Assembly (NCBI GenBank): GCA_963768855.1
Contig: CAVYJM010000006.1
Span: forward strand, 224,001-288,000
DNA length: 64,000 nt
From: an uncultured Thermoplasmata archaeon
GTDB lineage: Archaea; Thermoplasmatota; Thermoplasmata; RBG-16-68-12
Direction: 5' to 3'
Both the position numbers and the translations under genes were made by a program. Positions 48,502-56,632 of the stretch are shown piece after piece. Below the pieces are notes generated by a model. The model had not been told where the DNA came from. It searched no databases and was given only the letters and a program-made list of their open reading frames with translations. The number at the start of each line of letters is the position of its first letter. The first letter of the stretch is position 1.

Positions 48502-49590
48502 ATGGCAGAGCCGTCCAAGACGGAGCAGCGCAAGGCGGAGCACGTGAACATCATCCTGAACGAGGACGTGTCCGCAGGGTACGACTACTGGGGCGACGTC
48601 CATCTTCTCCACCACGCCCTGCCGGAGATCGACCTCGACGACATCGACCTCTCGGTCACGTTCTTCGGAAAGAAGCTCGAAGCCCCGCTCGTCATCTCGT
48701 CCATGACGGGCGGCTTCGGCATGGGCGGGGAAATCAACGCCAACCTAGCGAAGGCCGCGGCCGAGGTCGGCGTCGCGATGGGCGTCGGCTCCCAGCGAGC
48801 CGCGATCGAGAAGCCCGAGCTCGAGCCGACGTACGCGGTCGTCAAGGACCACGCCGTGCCGCTCCTCTTCGCGAACCTGGGCGCGCCCCAGCTCATCCCC
48901 CAGGCCGGGAAGCGCGCCTACGGGGTCGCGGACGCGAAGAAGGCGATGGACATGATCGGCGCGGACGCCCTGATCGTCCATCTCAACTTCCTCCAGGAGG
49001 TCGTGCAGCCCGAGGGGGACCGCCGCGCGAAGGGGTGCCTCGCCGCGATCAAGACCCTCGCGGCCCGCTTCCCTGTCATGGCGAAGGAGACCGGCGCGGG
49101 TGTTTCCGGCGAGGTGGCGGCGTCCCTCAAGACCGTCGGGGTGAAGGCGATCGACGTCGGCGGGCTGGGCGGGACGTCCTTCTCCGCCGTGGAGCACTAC
49201 CGCGCCCGGAAGGAGGCCTCCTCCCTGAAGGAGCGCCTGGGCGCCACGTTCTGGGACTGGGGCATCCCGACGCCTGCGTCGATCATCCTCGCCGACGTCG
49301 GGCTCCCGCTCGTCGCCACGGGCGGCGTGCGGAGCGGGCTCGACGCGGCGAAGGGCATCGCCCTGGGCGCCACGGCCGCGGGGATGGCGAAGCCCATGCT
49401 CGAGGCCGCCAAGGTCTCGGCGGACGCCGTCGCCGCGGAGCTCCGCTCCGTCATCGAGGAACTGAAGGCCGCGATGTTCCTGACCGGCGCCTCCTCGATC
49501 GCGGAGCTCCAAGACCGGCAGGTGATTATCGACCCCCCGACCGCCACGTGGATCGAGCTCGGGGAAGCGTTGGACGAGGAAGACACGTGA
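48502..49590 (+). CDS. fni: Type 2 isopentenyl-diphosphate delta-isomerase
   Basis: RKAEH, ISSMTGG, GVGSQR, ANLG, HLNFLQE, KETGAG, GGTSFS, WGIPT. Confidence 0.96.
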   Translation: MAEPSKTEQRKAEHVNIILNEDVSAGYDYWGDVHLLHHALPEIDLDDIDLSVTFFGKKLEAPLVISSMTGGFGMGGEINANLAKAAAEVGVAMGVGSQRAAIEKPELEPTYAVVKDHAVPLLFANLGAPQLIPQAGKRAYGVADAKKAMDMIGADALIVHLNFLQEVVQPEGDRRAKGCLAAIKTLAARFPVMAKETGAGVSGEVAASLKTVGVKAIDVGGLGGTSFSAVEHYRARKEASSLKERLGATFWDWGIPTPASIILADVGLPLVATGGVRSGLDAAKGIALGATAAGMAKPMLEAAKVSADAVAAELRSVIEELKAAMFLTGASSIAELQDRQVIIDPPTATWIELGEALDEEDT

Positions 49591-49594
49591 TCGG

Positions 49595-50713
49595 ATGACC
49601 AGTACCCCTGGCTCGGAGGTCGAGCGGCTCGAGCGCCTCCTCAAGCCCTACCGGGACGCGTCGAACGCGAACATCCAGACAATGTGGGAGGAGTACCTCG
49701 CCGGCCACGCGGTCGGCCCGTACCCGTCGACGAAGACGATGTCCCGCAACGCCCGCCTCTTCCTCGCGGGCAAGCGCTACCGCTATGCGCTCGCGCTCGC
49801 CGGGTACCGCCTGCTGACGGGGCAGGCACCCTCCGTCGCCCTGGAGCGAGCGGCCTGTTGGCTCGAGTGGTACCACCTGTACACCCTGTTCCTCGACGAC
49901 ATCATGGACGAGGACGAGCGCCGCCGCACCCTTCCGAGTGCGTGGTCCTCGAACGGCGCGCTCTACCGCCGCGCGGACGCGGACCGCCCCGCGGTCGTCT
50001 TCCGAACCCGCCGCCACCGCTACGGCGCATCCCAGGCCATCCTGGATGCGCTGCGAATCCGCTCCTTGGCCGAGCGGGCGATCGAGAGCGCGAAGGAATT
50101 GGATCCAGGCGTGCGCCTTGGCCTCCTGACCGAGCTCACGGAGGTCGACCTCGTCCTGAGCGACGGGCAATCCCTCGACATCGACTTCGAAGGTCTGCGG
50201 CGGATCCCCGAGGAAGACTACGTGCGGATGAGCGAGGCGAAGACGGCGCGGCTGTACCTCGGCGCCGCCGCGACGGCGGCGATCAGCGCGGGGGCGCCTG
50301 TCGAGGTGCGCGAGACGTTCCAGGAGTACGCGCTCTTGTTCTCCGTCGCCTTCCAGGATCGCGACGACCTCCTCGGCGCGGGCGTCGTTCGCTCGGAGAT
50401 CGGCGGCTCCTCGGAGGGGGACATCCGGCAGGGGAAACGCACGCGGATCTACGTGCTGGCCACCGAGGTGCTGAAGGGGCGGGACCGGGCCGCGTTCCTC
50501 CGATCCTACGGCCGCGGACCGCGGACGACGAAGAAGGACTTGGAGATCGTCCGCGGCCTGCTCGCGCGTCACGTCCTGCCGCTGATGGAGGCGCGGATCG
50601 AGAAGAACCTCGCCTTGGCCCGCAAGGCCCTCGACCGTTTGCCGAACCAGGATCCGGAGGCGCGTGGGCTCCTCGAAGCCCTCCTCGACGCGCAACGTTC
50701 CCGGGTCCGCTAG
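49595..50713 (+). CDS. Short-chain polyprenyl (probably geranylgeranyl) diphosphate synthase
   Basis: GKRYR, FARM DDIMDEDERRR with Tyr at -5, GQSLD, KTA, FQDRDDLLG, DIRQGKRT; in an operon with ipk and fni. Confidence 0.85.
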   Translation: MTSTPGSEVERLERLLKPYRDASNANIQTMWEEYLAGHAVGPYPSTKTMSRNARLFLAGKRYRYALALAGYRLLTGQAPSVALERAACWLEWYHLYTLFLDDIMDEDERRRTLPSAWSSNGALYRRADADRPAVVFRTRRHRYGASQAILDALRIRSLAERAIESAKELDPGVRLGLLTELTEVDLVLSDGQSLDIDFEGLRRIPEEDYVRMSEAKTARLYLGAAATAAISAGAPVEVRETFQEYALLFSVAFQDRDDLLGAGVVRSEIGGSSEGDIRQGKRTRIYVLATEVLKGRDRAAFLRSYGRGPRTTKKDLEIVRGLLARHVLPLMEARIEKNLALARKALDRLPNQDPEARGLLEALLDAQRSRVR

Positions 50714-51378
50714 TCCTCGAGCCCGTGGGCCGTGATCCGGAACGTCGCCCGGGTGCCTTCCTCCCGGTGCCGGTGCTTGTCGAGGACCGCGGCTCGCTGG
50801 CTCGGTGCGACCTTCTCGAAGCGGATGATCGTCTTGGCGTTGTGGCTGAGCATGTGCCCGCCAAGGGGCATGTACCGTCCCGTGTCGAAGTCCGTATACA
50901 CCTGGGACGTGACGACGACCGGGATGCCGCGGGTCCGGGAGACCTTGAGCAGCCGAGCGATCTGCCGCGTCAGCGAGTATCGTTCGTCCCGCCGCGTCTC
51001 GTCCTTCATCGTCAGCCGGTAGTGCATCGTGATGCTGTCGATGACAATGAGGCCGACCTCCGCGTTGTTCTCCGCAATCTTGACGGCCTTCTCGATGAGC
51101 GACTCCTGCTCCTCGAAGTTGTACGGCTCGGAGAAGAGGATGTTCTTCGCCACGAGGTCGAAGTCCTCGCCGCAGATCTGCTGGAGCCGTTCCATCGACA
51201 CGCCCTCCGTGTCGATGTAGATGACCTTGCGCCCGGACCGTACGACGTTCCGCGCGAGCTGCAGACAGAAGTTCGTCTTGCCGCTCCCCGCCTCCCCGTG
51301 GAGGAGCGTGATGCACCCATCCTCGACTCCCCCGCCCAGGAGGTCGTCCAGGGCGCGGCAGCCCAGGGCCACCTTCAT
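50710..51378 (-). CDS. radB: DNA repair protein RadB
   Basis: LDDLLGGG, GEAGSGKT, IYIDTEG, IVIDS, VTSQVY, GGHML, KHR motif. Confidence 0.93.
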   Translation of the reverse strand: MKVALGCRALDDLLGGGVEDGCITLLHGEAGSGKTNFCLQLARNVVRSGRKVIYIDTEGVSMERLQQICGEDFDLVAKNILFSEPYNFEEQESLIEKAVKIAENNAEVGLIVIDSITMHYRLTMKDETRRDERYSLTRQIARLLKVSRTRGIPVVVTSQVYTDFDTGRYMPLGGHMLSHNAKTIIRFEKVAPSQRAAVLDKHRHREEGTRATFRITAHGLED

Positions 51379-51403
51379 CGCTCGGACAAGGGCGGGGCCG
51401 CCT

Positions 51404-52429
51404 TTAAGGCTTCGAGGAGTCGGCCGTCGCGGCGGAGAGGAAGGCCTCGTCCGCGGTCCACACGACCCGGTGGCGTCCCGCCTTCGCCCCGTGCGTCCGG
51501 ACGACCCGTTCCGCCCCGGACTCCGGGTGGGCGGCCACGAGGTGCCCTTGGTCGTCCGGGCGGACGTCGGCCTCGAACCGCTCCGCGTCCACGCGACGGA
51601 GGCCGCGCAGGTCCTTCGGCTTGTAGCGGCGCTTCTCGCCCGTGATCAGGTCCCGGAGCTCGACGAACGGGCGGAGGGCGAGGACCTCCATCAGGCTCTC
51701 CTTCCGCCGGATCACGTCGCCGATCTCGAACGCGGGCAGGCGGACGAGCGAGGTGACGCGATACACTTCCTTGCCCTCGCGCTGGCCGTAGAGCTTGGGC
51801 GAGGCGGCCACCGTGCCGCCGAACGTCTCTGCGATCTCCTTGGCGAGCCGCATCCCGAGGCCGTTCGTGCTCACGTAGAAATCGAGGCCGCCGTGGACCT
51901 CCTCCGTGCGGGAGATGAAGTCCCCACCCTCGTCGCGTCCTCGGTGGATGCGGGCCAGGACGAGGGTCCGGACGGCCCGCAGTTCCCGCGGCGTCAGGTC
52001 CCGGCCCTCCGCGCGCACCTGGAGGATGCCCTCGAAGTAGCGACCTCCCTGCTTCTGGCATGTGTCGCATGCAGAGGGCTTGATCCGCAGGCGAACGTGG
52101 AAGTCCTGGACCTGCCGCAGGTCCTCGAACCGCCCGCTCGCCTTGACCGTGACGAAGTAGTTGTTCGCGTCCTCTTCCCGGGCGACGTGGGTGAAGGCGA
52201 CAAGCTCGAACGGCGGGAGGGGTCGCACCCGTTCCCGAAGGAGCTGGGGGATCGCCAGGTCGAGGTCGATCCGCGACCACCCGGACCGGAAGTGGAACGC
52301 CCCGCACTGGGCGCACCGCGGGACATCGAGGTTCGTGGGCGGCTCGACGAGGGGATGCTTCTTCGCGAAGCAAGAGGCGCAGACGCCCTGATAGACCGGG
52401 CCCTCGGCCCCGCACTCGACGCAGAACAT
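51404..52429 (-). CDS. nmd3: NMD3-family 60S/50S export-like protein
   Basis: MFCVECG...CASC, CAQC, CDTC Zn sites, YFEGILQVR, GLDFY. Confidence 0.92.
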   Translation of the reverse strand: MFCVECGAEGPVYQGVCASCFAKKHPLVEPPTNLDVPRCAQCGAFHFRSGWSRIDLDLAIPQLLRERVRPLPPFELVAFTHVAREEDANNYFVTVKASGRFEDLRQVQDFHVRLRIKPSACDTCQKQGGRYFEGILQVRAEGRDLTPRELRAVRTLVLARIHRGRDEGGDFISRTEEVHGGLDFYVSTNGLGMRLAKEIAETFGGTVAASPKLYGQREGKEVYRVTSLVRLPAFEIGDVIRRKESLMEVLALRPFVELRDLITGEKRRYKPKDLRGLRRVDAERFEADVRPDDQGHLVAAHPESGAERVVRTHGAKAGRHRVVWTADEAFLSAATADSSKP

Positions 52430-52542
52430 GCGGACGCCGTTCGAACGGGGTGGGCGTACTTAAGGGCTGGGTCGGCCCATGCCGACGGGCGATAGTCGAG
52501 ACGAAGTGCCTAAGTAGCCGAGCGGGTGTCGCACGGCAACTC

Positions 52543-53097
52543 ATGGCGAAGGTCCGCTCCTGGTGGCGCCGCAAGAAGGTCTACCACCGGGACGCCGTCA
52601 TCCTGTCCGTCCTGTCGTCCGCCTGCCTGCTCGCGGGCGAGCTCGCGGACCAGGACATCTCCAGCCTGTACACGCACTTCATCGCCCCCGTCCTGGGGGA
52701 CCCGGCGATGCTCCTCTGGAACGTCACGCTCACCCTCCTCGTGTTCACCACCTACTTCGGCGGGATCCTCGTCCTCCTGGGCGGAATCAACTTCCTCTGG
52801 GGCCGCGGGTCGCGGGGACGGTTCTTCGCAGGACTGGGCACGGGGATCAGCTCGCTCACCCTGCTCCGGATCATCGCCTACTCCACCCTGACGATGGGGC
52901 AGCCCTTCCTCATCTTCTCCGGATACGCAGCGAGCCTTTCGGGGATCGGGCTCCTCCTGGGATTCGGCAGCTATCTGCTGATGCACGAGTACTCCCTGCT
53001 CCTGAAGAAGCATGCGAAGAACGCGTGGCGGCAGTGGCGCCGGTCCCGTCGGCCGGCGAACCGCCGGCGGTTCCGGGGCCTCGCGGGACGCGGCTGA
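52543..53097 (+). CDS. Hypothetical membrane protein (4-5 TM)
   Basis: Hydrophobic helices with basic termini; ATG 52543. Confidence 0.7.
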   Translation: MAKVRSWWRRKKVYHRDAVILSVLSSACLLAGELADQDISSLYTHFIAPVLGDPAMLLWNVTLTLLVFTTYFGGILVLLGGINFLWGRGSRGRFFAGLGTGISSLTLLRIIAYSTLTMGQPFLIFSGYAASLSGIGLLLGFGSYLLMHEYSLLLKKHAKNAWRQWRRSRRPANRRRFRGLAGRG

Positions 53098-53315
53098 GTG
53101 CGCCCTCACCTCACGACGCGAGGGTCCAGAGGCTCCAGCCGATGTAGGCGACCAGGGCGAGGGCCGCGAGGACGAAGCCGATCCCGATCGCCCACTCTCC
53201 CGCGGACGGCGGCTCGGCGGGCGGGGGCGCCTCGGGAGGCGCATGACCGGTTGCCGGTTCGGCGTGCATCACAACGGCGAAGGAGGAGTGCCTGAAGAAC
53301 CTTCGCAGGGCGTCT

Positions 53316-53615
53316 TCACCCCGTCATCATCACGTACTGCGCGTGGGGGATGCCACCGATCCAGAGGATCCCCTCGTCGCTCACGTAGCCGCCCTGCTTT
53401 GCCGCCTCGATCGTCTCGCGGCCGACGAAGTTGCCGATCGTCGCGAGCTTGAGGTGGTCGAGCAGGCCTTCCGGCGTCACGAGGTCGCCCTCGTAGAACT
53501 TGCCCACCTCGATCTTGAATTTCCCTTCGCGGAACGTCTTGCCGAGGAGGTCCTCGTCCGCCGCGGCAACGAGGGTCTCCTTCCCCTGAGTGTAGACCTT
53601 CATCCGGATGGGCAT
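53316..53615 (-). CDS. DUF424 family protein
   Basis: LVAAADEDLLGKTF, FYEG, ATIGNFVG, GIPHAQ. Confidence 0.9.
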   Translation of the reverse strand: MPIRMKVYTQGKETLVAAADEDLLGKTFREGKFKIEVGKFYEGDLVTPEGLLDHLKLATIGNFVGRETIEAAKQGGYVSDEGILWIGGIPHAQYVMMTG

Positions 53616-53658
53616 GAGCGGACCTGTGTCCCATCGCGGGAAGGATTAAAGGCCTTTC

Positions 53659-55830
53659 CTAGAGCCGCTCGACGAGCTTGTACTTGCTCTTCGCGGGGCT
53701 GTAGATCTCCCCTTCCTGGGACCAACGCTTGAGCCACGAGTCGACCTTGGCGGGCGGGATGCCCCGCTCCTGCGCGATGCGGACGATGTCCTCGTAGTCC
53801 GCGACCCCGTCGGGCCCGGCGAGCTCGTTGATCACGTCCCGGAGGGAGATGATCTGCTCGCGCTGGGACTGGCTGATCCCGGTCTGGATGATGTCGATGT
53901 CGAACTTGCCTTCCTCGCCGGCGACCTTGCCCATCCAGTACTCGACGATCCGCACGGCGCGGTCCGCGTCGTCGATCGTGACCTCGGCGCTCAGACGGAG
54001 ACGGGCGCTCGCCTCGGAGAGGCGGATGATGGCCTCAAGCTGCCTTGGCGTGATCGGCACGCTCGAACCGACCCCTTCGCCGGTCTTGCGGATGTCGAGG
54101 TACTTCTTCTCGATTGCCCCCATGGCCTCGTCCGTCATGACCGGGTAGATGCGCTTCGCGTACGCGACGTACTTCCGCAGGAACTCCGGGTTGAAGTGCG
54201 GGGTGTACGGCTCCTCGAGCATGTGCGTCTCCGCCGTCGCGAGGCCCGATTCGCGGCGCCGCAGCATCTCGCCGACCTGGTGTCCCTTGAGGACGTGCTC
54301 CGCGAGCTCGCGGTCCTTGTCCGCCTGGGGGCGATCGATCATGGAGAAGATGATGTCGAAGCGGCTGAGCAGCGCGGGCGGCAGGTCGATCTGCTCGGAG
54401 ATGTACTTGTGTTCGTCGAACCGTCCGAACTTCGGGTTCGCCGCGGCGAGGACCGCGCACCGCGACTGGAGGACAGCGGTGATTCCCGCCTTCGCCACGC
54501 TGATCCGTTGTTGCTCCATCGCTTCGTGGATCGCCGACCGGTCCTGTGGGTTCATCTTCTCGATCTCGTCGATGCATGCCAGGCCGAGATCGGCGAGGAC
54601 GAGGGCGCCCGCCTCGAGAGTCCAGCGGCCCTCACCGAACTCATCGCGGACTGCCGCGGCGGTAAGCCCGGCCGCGGTCGCGGCCTTGCCGGTTGCATAG
54701 ATCCCGCGCGGCGACAGGCGGCTCATGTACGACAGCAACTCGGATTTCCCGACACCGGGGTCGCCGACCATGAGCACGTGGATGTCGCCGCGGATGCGGC
54801 GGCCGTCGGGCAGTACCTTCGGCACCCCGCTGAAGAGCTGGAGGGCGAGCGCCTCCTTCTCCACGTGCATTCCGTACAGGGACGGAGCGATGGAGGCGGT
54901 GATCAGGCGATAGATATCGGGCGTCGAGCCCGCCTCGCGGATGAGCCGCGCATCTTCCTCGGTGACCTCGATCTCCTCGAACTCGACCTGCTCCCGCTCG
55001 ATCGAGTTGACGTCGATGAAGATGTCAAACAGGGTGGACTTCGCGCCGGGCCGTCCCTTCTGGACGCTCCGGAGGACGCCGTTCATGACCACGCGGTTGC
55101 CCGGGGTGATGAGCCCGGTCAGGTCGTCCTCCACGTACGTCGTGAGCCGCTGCGGCTCCTCGCCGCCCCGCAGCCCCTCGGGAGCCTCCTGGATCTCGAG
55201 CTTCTGCGTGTCGAGGTACAACGAGGTCTCCGTGAGGAGCTTGAACTTCGTCGCGCTCGCGGAGCGCTTGCATCCGCCCTGCTCCTCGTAGCACTCGAGG
55301 GGTTCGCGAAAGTTCTGGCCGTCCTGTTCCTCCTTGATGACCGTCCCGCAGCGCATGCACTGGAAGAGCGCGCCGACCACCCGCGGCCGGACTTCCGTCG
55401 ACTTGCGGACGAGCCCTTCCACGGAGATGAACCGGCCGAGGTGCTTCGCCCGCAGATCTCGAATCTGGACCCGGCCATCCCGCGGCAACCCTTTCACGCG
55501 GAGGTGGATCTGGGTGAGCTCCTCGCCCGGTGGGACCAGGCGGCGCATCGCCTCCTCGCCCGCGGTGAGGACGTTGAGCGGGTGCTTCATCAGGAAGATG
55601 GCCATGTCCGTGTCGAAGCGGTTCAGCTCCGGGAACGAGACCTCGAGGGTGCGGTCCTCCGGATACCGGTCCGCGACGGCGATGATCTTGGACAGGTATC
55701 CGGCTTCCTCGAAGAACTCCTCCCACTTCGCAATGAGCTCTTCCTGTGGAAACTCAACGAGCGTACGATCCTCCCCGTGCCTCCGGACCCGATCCCCTTC
55801 GAACTCCGGCGGCGCGTCCGCACCTGCCAT
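53659..55830 (-). CDS. mcm: Replicative helicase MCM
   Basis: C4 Zn finger (CMRC...C...C), APSLYG, GDPGVGKS, LACIDEIEKM, AANP.FGRF, ALLSRFD, TPRQLE, C-terminal wHTH; no intein. Confidence 0.98.
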   Translation of the reverse strand: MAGADAPPEFEGDRVRRHGEDRTLVEFPQEELIAKWEEFFEEAGYLSKIIAVADRYPEDRTLEVSFPELNRFDTDMAIFLMKHPLNVLTAGEEAMRRLVPPGEELTQIHLRVKGLPRDGRVQIRDLRAKHLGRFISVEGLVRKSTEVRPRVVGALFQCMRCGTVIKEEQDGQNFREPLECYEEQGGCKRSASATKFKLLTETSLYLDTQKLEIQEAPEGLRGGEEPQRLTTYVEDDLTGLITPGNRVVMNGVLRSVQKGRPGAKSTLFDIFIDVNSIEREQVEFEEIEVTEEDARLIREAGSTPDIYRLITASIAPSLYGMHVEKEALALQLFSGVPKVLPDGRRIRGDIHVLMVGDPGVGKSELLSYMSRLSPRGIYATGKAATAAGLTAAAVRDEFGEGRWTLEAGALVLADLGLACIDEIEKMNPQDRSAIHEAMEQQRISVAKAGITAVLQSRCAVLAAANPKFGRFDEHKYISEQIDLPPALLSRFDIIFSMIDRPQADKDRELAEHVLKGHQVGEMLRRRESGLATAETHMLEEPYTPHFNPEFLRKYVAYAKRIYPVMTDEAMGAIEKKYLDIRKTGEGVGSSVPITPRQLEAIIRLSEASARLRLSAEVTIDDADRAVRIVEYWMGKVAGEEGKFDIDIIQTGISQSQREQIISLRDVINELAGPDGVADYEDIVRIAQERGIPPAKVDSWLKRWSQEGEIYSPAKSKYKLVERL

Positions 55831-55864
55831 GTTCCTACTTAACCTCCCACCCCACCACTTCCTG

Positions 55865-55926
55865 TCCAGTGGAGAAGATCTGCGGTTTCCAGATAGGGAC
55901 GCGATCGGTGGTCATTTCCAGTGGAA
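55865..55926 (-). promoter_or_regulatory. Cluster of ORB/mini-ORB-like boxes upstream of mcm
   Basis: Minus strand GTTCCACTGGAAAT (55914-55927), TCTGGAAAC (55885-55893) and CTCCACTGGAC (55864-55874), the last followed by a G-rich string. Confidence 0.5.
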
Positions 55927-55949
55927 CTCCTACGGCCTTTCGGCCTGCC

Positions 55950-56093
55950 TCAATCGCACGGTGAGTACCCGCATCGGCCGCACAGGACGCATCCGTTCGT
56001 GTGAACGAGGGCCTCTCCGCACTCCGGGCATTCCGTCGCGGATGCCCCTGGGTCGCCGTCCGCGGGATGGGCGGTCGGAGAGAGGTCTTCCAT
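55950..56093 (-). CDS. Stand-alone Zn-ribbon protein, 47 aa (MEDLSPTAHPADGDPGASATECPECGEALVHTNGCVLCGRCGYSPCD)
   Basis: Translated by hand; CPECG...GCxxCxxCGYSxC pattern as in the C-terminal ribbon of class II ribonucleotide reductases. Confidence 0.75.
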   Translation of the reverse strand: MEDLSPTAHPADGDPGASATECPECGEALVHTNGCVLCGRCGYSPCD

Positions 56094-56222
56094 GGTTTGC
56101 CTGCACCATCGGAAGACAAAGGTCCCGCGGGCCTAAAAGGAGCCCCGGGGGGATGGGCGAAAGTGGTGCGCGTCGACGGAGGGAGGCGAAGCTTCTTGCC
56201 CTGCGGTTCCTTCGTCGCGCCG

Positions 56223-56627
56223 ATGGACCTCCCTGAGGAGCTTGAGGACCTCCGCCGCTTCCACGGCCACCTCGGCATCTACGTTACCCTGGGCCTGCGC
56301 ATGGGGGCGATCGGGAAACGCACCCTCGGCACGTACAAGGGACTCCGCGCCACGGTGCGGACCGTCCCGAAGCCGCCGATGATGTGCGTCGTCGACGGAG
56401 TCCAGTTCGCGAGCGCCTGCACGATGGGCAAGGGCAACATCGCGGTCGAGCCGGCCATGGAGCCCGAGGTGACCTTCGAGAAGGAGGGCCGGCGGCTCAC
56501 GATCTCCCTGAAGCCCGGCCTGCGCGAGCGGATCGACGGCGAGATGTCCCACGAGACGGAGCTCGAGCGGTCCGTTCACTACTTCCAGGTGCCCGAGGAC
56601 GAGATCTTCGACGTCCGCACGGGTTGA
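56223..56627 (+). CDS. FmdE-family protein
   Basis: RFHGHLG...LGLRMG, CVVDGVQFASACTMGKGN; ATG 56223. Confidence 0.85.
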   Translation: MDLPEELEDLRRFHGHLGIYVTLGLRMGAIGKRTLGTYKGLRATVRTVPKPPMMCVVDGVQFASACTMGKGNIAVEPAMEPEVTFEKEGRRLTISLKPGLRERIDGEMSHETELERSVHYFQVPEDEIFDVRTG

Positions 56628-56632
56628 CGCCG

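Noticed and set aside
56223-56627. FmdE as evidence of methanogenesis
   Set aside because: Stand-alone FmdE-like proteins are widespread, and no other fmd/fwd or mcr genes are present.
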